Positions 1-10,638 of a DNA stretch of 64,000 nt are shown one piece after another. How positions within the stretch are numbered: the first letter of the stretch is position 1; each line of letters opens with the position of its first letter. The notes below the pieces were generated by a model that saw only the letters and a list, made by a program, of their open reading frames with translations, was not told where the DNA came from and ran no database searches. Source of the stretch: Octopus vulgaris (Eukaryota); assembly GCA_951406725.2 (NCBI GenBank), contig OX597818.1, forward strand, positions 77,500,001 to 77,564,000, given 5' to 3'. The translations under genes and the position numbers were made by a program.

Positions 1-33
1 AAACAAGTAAAAGAGTAAAAAGAGTAAAAGAGT
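1..33 (+). mobile_element. 3' tail of a SINE family A composite (AAACAAGTAAAAGAG repeats)
   Basis: Similar tails end the copies near 49850 and 55790. Confidence 0.6.
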
Positions 34-1084
34 ATATATATATATATATCCTTTCAAAAAATTTATCCTTATTTGGTAGCTTTGAGTTTTCTACTGCTCT
101 TTCTAGTACAAGGCTTTCATATTTGGAAGCCTCTTATTGTATTTCTATATTTATATATAAATGCACTCATGTATGTATTGTATGTGTATATTTATGTTCC
201 ACACTGCCATTGCTTGATTGAAGCAGTGCTGATGTTGGTATTACTTGTTGACATTATGACCTGCTGCTCTGTGCTATTTGTAAATTTGTGGAATAATAAA
301 ATAACTTCAAAAACAGATAAGGGTTACTGACAGGAAGAGCATAGAGCCATAAAGTTCTTCTTCAAATAACTCTCCATCCAAACCCTTGCTAGTATGAAAA
401 AAACCCAAAAAACAGATGTTGAATGAATGATGAGAAATTGTCATGTTTTTCTGTGTTGTCTACAAAATCTTATGTTTTTTGTAATTGAGAAAACTTCTGG
501 TGAATTTGTCTCTTTTGTTTCATTGTACATACCCTATATCATGTCATATAAAACATTTTTCATCCAAAATTGTGTCAAAAATATCATCCTGGCTCCTATA
601 TGCAAAGTTGGACCTCCCACAAGCTTTAATACACCAAAAAAGATTTTTTTTTTCTTCTCTCAATATGTACTGCTGAAATCGAAGGCACATCTCATATATT
701 CACACATCTTTTTATGCACTCAAATACAGTAATTTGGTTTAGCAGTCTCCATCCCAGTCCACTGTATCATATATATTTGTTTACCACTATTTAAAACCTA
801 TGTTTTTTTGTTATTTTTGTTTTTGTGCTATGATTTATTAAAGCACTTTTTGTTAGTCCTGTGGGCATTTCTTAACCCCTGACTCTAACCTTGACCTCAA
901 TATAAAACCAGTTTTACTCCATTGTTTCAGTTTTGTGGAAATGTCTTCAGTGCCTAAATAACATAAATGATTGTAGGTGTGGAGGAATTAAACTCGAAAA
1001 GAGCACCATAAACAATGATTGCTATTTTATCTTACTGGAATCACTGGTTAAACAGCCTAGATAAATATAAGAAGGGTGTAGTTG

Positions 1085-1405
1085 AAAAATCAACCCAGTA
1101 CTTATTTTCAAGTTTGGTATCTTATTTATTTGATTAATCTCTTTTGCAGCACTACTTTACATTACAGGGACATAAACAAACCAACAGTAACTGTCAAATG
1201 GTGGCAGAAGAGAGGGTGCACAAACATAAAGACACACACACACAACATGCTTCCACATAGTTTCCATCAACCAAATTCAGTCATAAGGCATTGATCAACC
1301 CATGACTATATTAAAAGACAGTTGCCCAAGGTGGTGTGCAGTAGCAGTGAGATTGAACCTGACACCACTAGGTTTTAAAATGAATTTCTTAACCACAGAG
1401 CCACC
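1085..1405 (-). mobile_element. tRNA-derived SINE family A (head, microsatellite, tail), degenerate
   Basis: Reverse complement of the head GGCTGTGTGGTAAGAAG...CTTGGGCAAGTGTCTTCT seen at 49120-49280. Confidence 0.7.
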
Positions 1406-2024
1406 TTTTAACAAACCGATGTGAATGTAGCAGCTGAGATTTTGAGGTGATGTACTTTTGAATTAAGCAACATGCAAATTCATATTGTCACCTAAGGCAA
1501 GACAAGATATTTTAGTTAATTTAGCTGCAAATAATTAACAAGCTGACTGATTCATGTGAGGAGGCAATGATAACCAGCTCCACATAAAACACCTGTTGTC
1601 AGAATTTTGTTCTGAATTTTCACATTTGTGTAATCTTTAATTGAAGAAATTTATGCAACATAGAAAAAAAAGAACTAATTTCACTTGTTTCCATTTTTGA
1701 ATCTTTATAAGATTTCTAATTAAGTGTTTTTTTTTTGTATTTGTATATTTATTTATTTATCAACACTTAAAGATGAATCATGTTATCAGTGTTGCATTAA
1801 GTAATTATTTTTATCTCTAGATTTTATCTCTGATTCTCTGGAGTTTCATGTTAATCAGTTTTGTTGGGTACCTTTCAGTGTTTTAGACTTTTACTGAGAA
1901 ATATATTTGTGGTAACATTTGAAATAGCGGCAAGTACCACTTCCTTGTTTATCATAGGCTATATGATACGGTTGATAAAGAAGCAATGTATATGTGTCAT
2001 CATAATCAACATCAACAACATTGT

Positions 2025-2398
2025 TATCATTGTTTCAATGTCCATTTTTCCATGCTTGCATGGGTTGGATGGAGTCTATGGCTGGATGTCCTTCCTGTTG
2101 CCAACCTACACCCCTGTCCAAGCATGGTAATAATTTCCCCATGGCCAAACATGTTTCCACTGAATATTCGAAATGAATGACATCCATTTACAACAATCAC
2201 ACGACACCAAGACTAGGAGAGAGAGACACACACACACATGATGGGCTTTCATTTTCTGCCTACCAAATCCACTCACAAGATTTTGCTCAATGCAAGGCAA
2301 TAGTAGAAGATACTTGCTCAAGGTGCTATGTAGGGGGACTGAACCCAAACTTCTTGGGCTGGAAGCAAACTTCTTAACTACACACCTATGCCTGTGCA
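2025..2398 (-). mobile_element. SINE family A with RTE-derived tail
   Basis: Head plus a tail containing CCATGCTTGCATGG and GGATGTCCTTCC, shared with the RTE 3' end. Confidence 0.7.
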
Positions 2399-2421
2399 CT
2401 TTTATTATAAGTAACCAATGT

Positions 2422-2872
2422 TAGGCAGTGAGCTGGCAGAATCGTTAGCATGCTGGGCAAAATGCTTGCTGGGCAAAATGCTTAGCAGCATTTCTTTTAT
2501 CTCTACATTCTGAGTTCAAATTCTGCTAAGGTTGACTTTCATCCCTACAGGGTCAATTAAATAAGTACCAGCTGAACAATGGGGTTGCTGTAATCAACCT
2601 ACCCCCTCCCCAAAATTTGAAACCAATATTTTGTGCGAAAATTTGAAACCAATATTTTAAGGTTTCAAGCTACCAGAATTATTAGCACATTGGGAGAAAT
2701 ACCTAGCAGCATTTCAGCTCTCTATGTTCTGAGTTCAAATGCCAATGTAGTCAACTTTGCCTTTCATTCTTTTGAGTTTGATAAAATAAGTACCAGTTGA
2801 ACACTGGGGGTTGATGTAATCAACTTAATCCCTCCCCCGAATTTGCTGACCTTGTGCCAAAATTTGAAACTA
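2422..2872 (+). mobile_element. Tandem dimer of tRNA-derived SINE family B
   Basis: AGGCAGTGAGCTGGCAGAATCGTTAGC head; GAGTTCAAAT B-box-like motif twice; flanked by direct repeat TATTATWAGTAACCAATGT (2403-2421 and 2871-2889). Confidence 0.75.
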
Positions 2873-2956
2873 TTATTAGTAACCAATGTAAGGCAAAAAT
2901 TTCATTATTAGTTACTAATGTATGCTTGCTAATGTGTAAGATGTGCTCTTTTGTAA

Positions 2957-3166
2957 CCCTTCAGCATTTAGAATACTCTATGAAATGTAATGCTTATTTA
3001 TTCATATTGTTTTGAATTAATCATACATTATCTCATAGCTTCAAAATTTTGATGATGTGATTGTTTATTTTTAGAATGACATTGTAGGATAGGCAACAGG
3101 GGTCAGATCTAGTCATAAAATGTAAAGTATTTGGGCCTGAAATGGCTGAGTTTAAACACTAAAGGG
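2957..3166. mobile_element. piggyBac-like MITE
   Basis: TIR CCCTTCAGCATTTA...TAAACACTAAAGGG followed by TTAA; second copy at 32778-32961. Confidence 0.65.
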
Positions 3167-4590
3167 TTAAAGGTTGTCATAGCAGTGGCTTGAGTTAAAT
3201 TGTTTTGAAGATTTTATATATTCCCATGTTGTCTGGACAATCTAAAGAAAAGGAAGAATTAGAATAGTTAATTTTGGAAACCATAATAAAATTGTCAAGA
3301 AATTTGCTCTGGTAAAAAGTTTGAAATTTCCTGAAGTTTTTCATATTATTTAAAATAAAAATGGAGTGGCTGACTATTTAATTGATATGTTGATTGAAAG
3401 ACCTACAATTGTCCATAATAATACCAAACATGGACAAACATGAACAGACTATGGATCAGGTAATTTTAATATAGTTAGCATTAAACTTCACTGTTAGACA
3501 TATGTCTACGACTACTTTTAGAAAGATCTAGTCTCATTTGCTTTGTCATACATTATTTATTCTCATATACATACAATGTAGCTGTGATTTAAAAACAAAA
3601 TTGCTTTGCACTCAGACTTTTTGCTCTGATTTGATTGTGTATGTAATTTGATATTGTCTAATTGCAATAAAGTCTGGTATGCTGTGTGTGTCAAACTAGG
3701 TTTATCATTTTTTCATATGTTGAAGTTTATGTCCCATCAGATACCTCGTAACATCGTTAACTTTACATTAAACCCATTTATGAATTTAGATAATTTAATT
3801 GTTCCAACAATGGTGAAGAAAAATCTATAATTTCTTTGAAATCAACTGTGTTTGTTGACTAGTAATTACTATAATTTTCATGTGTGTGTATCTAGAGAGC
3901 TAGATAGCCACACACACATGCATACATACACACATATACATCCATACACACATTAACATACACATGTACACACACATACATACCTATATAATATATGTAT
4001 TTATTTATATAAAAATCGGTTTACAGACACGCCAACACACATGTAGACATCGTTATTATTTTTGCTGTCATTTTGCATGCATGGGTTGGACAAAATTCAT
4101 TAAAGCAGATTTTCTGTCACTGGACACCCTTCTTGCCAGTCACCACCTGCTCCCAAGTAAAGTAATATTTCCTTGTCCATCAAGCATGAACCAGAGAACG
4201 GCTAGAGAGGTTTTTCTGAAAGATTGCAAATGAATAGCTCTGCTTGTTATGACAGAGGTGTTTGTTAACAATTAGTATGTGATGTCCAGCATAGAAGACA
4301 TACATACACACTTATGTATGCATGTTCATGTGTTTGTATGTATATGTGTGTATCTGTCCATATGTATGTGGGTGCGGGTACGATTGGATGTATGGTTAAG
4401 AAGTTCACTTCCCATCTATGTGATTTGGGGTTCAGTCTCACTGTATAGCACCTTATGTACTTCTGTAAATGCAGGCCAACCAAAGTCTTGTGAGCAAACT
4501 TGGTGTACACTGAACCTGAAAGTGGGGAATTGTGTGTGTTTGTATATATATATATATATATATATATACATGCATATATATACACATACG

Positions 4591-4622
<32 letters not shown>

Positions 4623-4627
4623 CTTAT

Positions 4628-4877
4628 AGCGCCGCCCCGACTGGCCTCCATGCTGGTGGCATGTAAAAAGCACCAACCGATCGTGGCCGTTGCCAGTCTC
4701 GTCTGGCACATAAAAAGCACCCACTACACTCATGGAGTGGTTGGCGTTAGGAAGGGCATCGAGCTGTAGAAACACTGCCAGATCAGACTGGGCTTGGTGC
4801 AGCCTCCTGGCTTCCCAGACCCCAGTTGAACCGTCCAACCCATGCTAGCATGGAAAGCGGACATTAAACGATGATGA
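4628..4877 (+). mobile_element. RTE LINE 3'UTR fragment ending in a (GAT)n tail
   Basis: Matches the reverse complement of 6990-7160. Confidence 0.75.
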
Positions 4878-4891
4878 TATATACATATATA

Positions 4892-5217
4892 TCATCATCG
4901 TTTAACGTCTGTTTTCCATGCTAGCATGGGTTGGATGGTTCCTGGGATGCCATGAGGCTGCACCAGGCTCCAGTCTGATCTGGCAGTGTTTCTACAGCTG
5001 GATGCCCTTCTTAACACCAACCACTCCATGATCATAGTGGGTGCTTTTTACGTGCCACTGGCACAGGGGCCAGAGGAGGCTGGCAAACAGCCATGATCGG
5101 TTGGTGCTTTTTATGTGTCACCAACATGGACGCCAGTCAGGCGGTGCTGGCATCAGCCACATTCAGATAGTGCATTTTATGTGCCACCGGCACGGGTATC
5201 ATAACTACAATTTCCAT
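4892..5217 (-). mobile_element. RTE LINE 3'UTR fragment, inverted relative to 4628-4877
   Basis: CATCATCGTTTAACGTC...CCATGCTAGCATGGGTTGG, as at 7000-7040. Confidence 0.75.
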
Positions 5218-5232
5218 CTTTCCTTTTCCTAT

Positions 5233-5267
5233 GTTTCTGACGAAGAGTTCTGCTTGAAACATTAAAC
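5233..5267 (+). ncRNA. Degenerate minimal type I hammerhead ribozyme motif in a short Penelope-like repeat (about 5218-5357)
   Basis: GTTT-CTGACGA-AGAGT(TCT)GCTT-GAAAC-ATT-AAAC; stem I GTTT/AAAC; stem II weakened to G-U pairs. Confidence 0.5.
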
Positions 5268-5482
5268 CCTCCTTCTTTCCTGAGCATCCAATAATACTAT
5301 ACTTGTTCCACATCCTCGCGTTGTGTTTTCTCTTTGTGTTTTCATGTTTGGATTAACTATATATATATATATATATGTAGGTCCCGGGTTGATTCGGGGT
5401 TAACCACAGTAAATAAGGTACTCAAGATTTCTCTTGAATGAAACAGTTCTAGTCCTGTAGAAGCTCCTTCTATATAATAAAT

Positions 5483-5521
<39 letters not shown>

Positions 5522-6361
5522 CCATACACACATTGATGCTTCATGTGATAGGCTTTTGTGTGTGTGTAGATAGATATATTTATCCTAATATATTGATGGC
5601 AAGTATACTTTCATCATCATTATCACCCCCATCTCCCATACCATCTTGCAACCTATATTCACCCTCACTCCTGGTTCTTCTGTCCCCACTCACATTTTCT
5701 CCCCTTGTACTTGAAGGTTCACCCAGTTACCTCATCACCACTATTTTTGTCTCTTCCCAGCTCCACCCTGGTCATCACTGCCCTCACTCTTCTATAATTT
5801 GAGTAGCCATGTAGCTCCTTCATAGCAAGAAACCTGCTCTCTTCAGGCTCCTTTTCTCATACTTCAACCCATCATTGGTTAGCATAAAAGCCACCTTTCT
5901 TAGGTTTCATAATCTTGCAAGCTACATGGTGACTTCACTTAGGTTGGGGTCATGATAAAAGTTTCCAGTACATAACGTAAAGTGGTTGGTGTTAGGAAGG
6001 GCATCCAACAGTTGAAACCTTCTGAAACAGACAGTGGAGCATAATGCAGTCCTTGAACCCACCATTTCCTGTGAAACTAGCCAGTCTGTGCTAGAATGGA
6101 ACATGGTTGTTAAATGATGATGATTATATTCTACCATTTTATTCAAAAGTACCATTGACTGAATAAGATAGTTCAGTTTTCTCAAAAGACAGAATGGCAG
6201 GTTCTTATTGTTATAAATTCTTCTCAAAAACCATCTATCAAACAGGAAAATTTCGTTTTGTATGACAGATCAAGGATATTGATGTGGGCAATTTTCTTTC
6301 ACATCTTTCAAATTGTATTTGTAAATGCTTAATTCTAGATGATCTTATCATCATTATTCAT

Positions 6362-6548
6362 ACGTGTCTGCAATTAAGAAGCTTGTTTCCCTAGTATGCA
6401 GTCTTGAGTACAATCCCACTGTACAAGTGTCCTCTGCTATAGTTCCTTACTGTGAGTGGGTTCTGGCAAATAGAAACTGAAGGAAGCCCATCATACGCAC
6501 ACACACACATATACATACATACATGTATATGCACAAATACACAGATAT

Positions 6549-6609
<61 letters not shown>

Positions 6610-6900
6610 GCACATATATCTACATACATGCATATGCATACATACACACATGCATACATGTGTGTGTACCCTTGGCTTGACATCATGAAATGGTTGTAAA
6701 TGAGCATCACCATCATACAAGTGATGTTGCTTGTTTCTAGTCTTCTCTTGAAAAAATGCCTGGCCATGGGGTGAATACTACCTTGCTTGGAAACAGCTGA
6801 GGGTTGATGACATGAAGATCACCTAGTTGTAGGAAATCTGCTTCAACAAATTCTGTCTAACCAATGTAAACATGGTGAAGTGGATGTTACACAATGATGA
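6362..6900 (+). mobile_element. SINE family A: head, (TA)n/(CA)n spacer, RTE-type tail
   Basis: Head 6362-6490, microsatellite 6495-6665, tail GGCCATGGGG...TTGGAAACAG...GGATGTTAC. Confidence 0.65.
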
Positions 6901-6982
6901 CAGGGAGGATTAGGAGGTTGATAATGACAGTGACAATAATGATTTGTACAAATCCGTAAGCATCCTTGACTTCATCCCAAAT

Positions 6983-8010
6983 CATCATCATCATCATCAT
7001 CATCGTTTAACGTCCGCTTTCCATGCTAGCATGGGTTGGACGGTTCAACTGGGGTCTGGGAAGCCCGAAGGCTGCACCAGGCCAGTCAGATGTGGCAGTG
7101 TTTCTACAGCTGGATGCCCTTCCTAACGCCAACCACTCCGAGAGTGTAGTGGGTGATTTTATGTGCCACCGACACAGGTGCCAGACGAGGCTGGCAGACG
7201 GCCACGCTCGGATGGTGTTTTTTATGTGCCACCGACACAAGGTGCCAGACGAGGCTGGCAGACGGCCACGCTCGGATGGTGTTTTTTATGTGCCACCGAC
7301 ACAGGTGCCAGACGAGGCTGGCAGACGGCCACGCTCGGATGGTGTTTTTTATGTGCCACCGACACAGGTGCCAGACGAGGCTGGCAGACGGCCACGCTCG
7401 GATGGTGTTTTTTATGTGCCACCGACACAGGTGCCAGACGAGGCTGGCAGACGGCCACGCTCGGATGGTGTTTTCTTATGTGTCACCGACACAGGTGCTA
7501 GACGAGGCTGGCGGACGGCCACGCTCGGATGGTGTTTGTTACGTGCCCTCAGCACGGAGGCCAGTCATTGCGGTACTGGCTACGGTCACGTTCGGATGGT
7601 TTTCTTATGTGCCACCGGCACTGGTACCACAAGGATACAAATTCCATTGATGTTCATCTATTTTGATTTGGTTCGATTTGATTTGATACGATTCGATTCT
7701 CACTTGCCTCAACAGGTCTTCACAAGTGTCACAAGAAGGAAGGTATGCACAGGTGGACTGACTACGTCCCAGGTAGGGGCCACGGATTATGGCTTCACTA
7801 GTCTTGCCGGGTCTTCTCACGCACAGCATACTTCCATAGGTCTCGGTCTCTAGTCATTTCCATGGTGAGACCTAACGTCCGAAGGTCGTGCTTCACCACC
7901 TCGTCCCAGGTTTTCCTGGGTCTACCTCTTCCACGGGTTCCCTCAACTGCTAGGGATTGGCACTTTCTCACACACCTCTCTTCATCCATTCTCGCCACAT
8001 GACCATACCA
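6983..8010 (-). mobile_element. Young 5'-truncated RTE-clade LINE (ORF C-terminus, 3'UTR, (GAT)n tail)
   Basis: Minus strand 8010-7798 encodes WYGHVARMDEERCVRKCQSLAVEGTRGRGRPRKTWDEVVKHDL..., the typical RTE C-terminus. CpGs retained; (CAT)n at 6983-7003; CCAAAT on both flanks. Confidence 0.9.
7157..7545. repeat. 63-bp tandem repeat (about 6 copies) in the RTE 3'UTR
   Basis: Unit TTTATGTGCCACCGACACAGGTGCCAGACGAGGCTGGCAGACGGCCACGCTCGGATGGTGTTT; produces the 21-aa periodic ORFs in the track. Confidence 0.95.
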
Positions 8011-8816
8011 AATAAAAAGTACCATACCCAAATAAAAAGTAAAAATAAAATAAAATAAAAAAAGGCCTCCTGACTGCTTGACATGAAGTCACTCACCCTG
8101 GTATCTTTTGGCCTAGATATGCTGTACCTTCACTGTCTTTTTTCCTGCTACAACAGTACCCTCTCTTCTTGGAGCTAACTGATCTTATTCCCATGTTCAC
8201 TTAAGTCCATTTTACTCACCTGTCTCCTATATTTTGCTCTTTTCCTTTTCTACCCCCAGGCCTTGCACTAGTTACTACACCCACTCCTTCCCCCTTCAGA
8301 ATATCAGTCTTCTGGAACTCCTTTGCTACTCATGTTTTTGTTGTGGCTGTGAATTTGCAGTTGTCGGAGAGCATCCACTGTGTAGATCTGGAGAGGATGC
8401 ATGAAGGCTGTCTGTTTGTCTGTCTGCCTGTCTCTCTCTCTCTCTCTCTCTCATCCCCCCACTCTCTCTCTTTCTCCAAACTGTTACAAGAAAATCCTAA
8501 AAAATATTATGTTATTACATTCTTCTATAATTTTACTGAAATAAAATGACAGTATATTAAATTTGTTTTTGAATCCTGAATTGCAAATACTTCATTATAA
8601 AGAAGTAATGACAAATTCTTGTAATTTTGCTTTTGAAAAAAAAAGAGAAAAAAAAAAGAAAAAAAAAAGAAGCAAACAAGACAAAACAAACTTGTACTTA
8701 AAAATATCTTCATTCATTTCATTGAGAGGGATTCAATAAAGATGTTCCTCTCCAACTTGGTGCTTCCTATTTGGTTCAAAGATGATATTTATTGTTCTTT
8801 TTCTCATATTCTTCAG

Positions 8817-8874
8817 GTGAACGGTACGTCAGCATTAAGTTTAAACCACATTGAAGTTGTCAACCTCATCAAAT
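8817..8874 (+). CDS. ARHGEF11/12: Internal coding exon (58 nt, phase 0 to phase 1) encoding the C-terminal half of a PDZ domain, probable PDZ-RhoGEF/LARG orthologue
   Basis: Polypyrimidine tract and acceptor TTCTTCAG at 8816; donor GTAAGT at 8875. Translates VNGTSALSLNHIEVVNLIK+T, resembling the recalled LARG PDZ segment VNGTLVTHSNHLEVVKLIKS. Other PDZ proteins (MAST, SNX27, NHERF) fit less well but are not excluded. Confidence 0.78.
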
Positions 8875-9530
8875 GTAAGTCAAGACATTTTGCTTTCATT
8901 TATAAAAATTGGTTTCATTTTCATAAAGATTTTTTTCAGATTGATAGGACTTGTAACTTAATGTTTCCATGCCAACAAAATTTATTTTATCAAAATTAAT
9001 TGATTTTATCATCACCCCCATCAAATTTATAATGGTCTTCATTCTCAGATCTGCATAACATTTCTTTTCCCTGTCTTCATTATATTATTAATGTAGTAAC
9101 TCTATATCCTCTATCTTGTGCAATAATTAGTGAATAAAGATTATAGCATGATATATTCATAACTTCATATATATATATATATATTAACTTTGTAATGTGA
9201 ATAGTCTGGCTGCATATTTGAACTGCACTATATGCTCTTATGATTACTGGCATTAACTGCAAATGGTAGTTAGGTTATCTTACCTAGGTAGTCTAATTAG
9301 TGTCTAGTGTAAATTGGGTAGAAATAATTTCATGACAAAAGAGATTTCTCTCCACAAGAACCATTAGGTTGTACAATAAATAGGAAAAGCCTTGCACATT
9401 GAAGGCGGAAGATCTGTAGCAAATCAGCAGAAATATTTTGAGGGGTTAAAAAAGAGAGGTGAGGATTTGTTCTTAAGTATATCTGTTGGAACTGAGAGCT
9501 ACATGCAAGATTATAGAACATAGGCACAGA

Positions 9531-9686
9531 CAGGCATAGCTGTGTGGTTAAGAAGTTTGCTTCCTAATCATGTGGTTTTAGTTTCAGTCCCATTGCATGG
9601 CACCCTTAGTAAGTATCCTCTACTATGACTCCTGGCTGACCAAAGCTTTGTGAGTGGATTTCATTAACTGAAACTAAAAGAAGCCC

Positions 9687-9688
<2 letters not shown>
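9531..9688 (+). mobile_element. SINE family A head followed by (TA)n
   Basis: CAGGCATAGCTGTGTGGTTAAGAAGTTTGCTTCC...GAAGCCC. Confidence 0.75.
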
Positions 9689-9736
<48 letters not shown>

Positions 9737-9742
<6 letters not shown>

Positions 9743-10638
9743 GTTCAGGCTAAATTTGATTGTTTGCATGAGAGGAAAAGAAAATACAATATCCATCAAA
9801 AAATAAAAGGTATTTTTAAAAAATTGAAAAAAATATTAACTAGATTATGGCTAGGAGATGACCATTGATTCAAAGTAGCTGCCCTCAGCTTCCACCAGAG
9901 CCTCAAAATAACTCTGGAACTTGGCACATGTGTTCCTCACTAAGATCATCTTCAAACATCTCCTTAATCTTTGGCCACTAGCTTAGCCTTAGTGTTGCAA
10001 GCAGAATGCTTGATGTCTTTCTCAGCTGTGCCCCATATGTAATAATCCGTGGGATTACAATTGGGAGAATTCAGAAGCCAGAAATTGATGCTGGTGAAGT
10101 TGTAGAAATTCTCTGACAACCATCTCTGGCTCTTTCTGGAAGAAGCTGAATCTTGTTGTCACACATATGGCCTTCCAGCAGCAACTCTTTCCAGTCAGGG
10201 ATTGACTACAGTCTTTAGCAGCTTCACATATCCATCTGAATTGAGCTTAAGGCCCTGCTCAAAGTTGTGGGGATGAATTCTGGCATATGAACACTGTCAT
10301 ATTGCCTACTGTGTCCTTTTCTACAGGTCACAGCTTCATAGCCTCCACTGCAGCTGTCCATGTCATGTCTTAGTCTTTACAGTGTTCACAGAGCATTGAG
10401 AAACAGTCATGATGTCAGCATTTTGACACCTGGCATAAATCATTCTGATACAGGTGTCTATTTTCCAATATTCAGATGGCTTCCAGTCCCCCAAGTCAGT
10501 TAACTTTTTCTCAACTACAACTATAATCTTTATGATCTCCAGCGCCATTGACTATTCACCAATGCATCAAACTGTTCTTGAAAAAAAAAAAAAAAAAAAA
10601 AAGGACAAAAAGAATGTCAAATTTAGCTCAAACACAGT
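9737..10638 (-). mobile_element. Internally deleted Tc1/mariner element, probably DD37D (maT) family
   Basis: TIRs GGGTGTTCAGGCTAAATTTGA / TCAAATTTAGCTCAAACAC. Minus strand reads GRPYV*QQDSASSRKSQRWLSENFYNF...NSPNCNPTDYYIWG; probable N-terminal piece in ORF 10363-10548. Confidence 0.75.

Noticed and set aside
915-953. Minus-strand CTGAAGA...GAAA hammerhead-like spacing
   Set aside because: Neither stem II nor stem I can form
7023-7853. 276-aa ORF with a 21-aa repeat
   Set aside because: Antisense reading of the RTE 3'UTR VNTR; no evidence that it is a gene
8742-8999. 85-aa ORF spanning the PDZ exon
   Set aside because: Only 8817-8874 is bounded by splice sites and PDZ-like; the rest is intronic read-through
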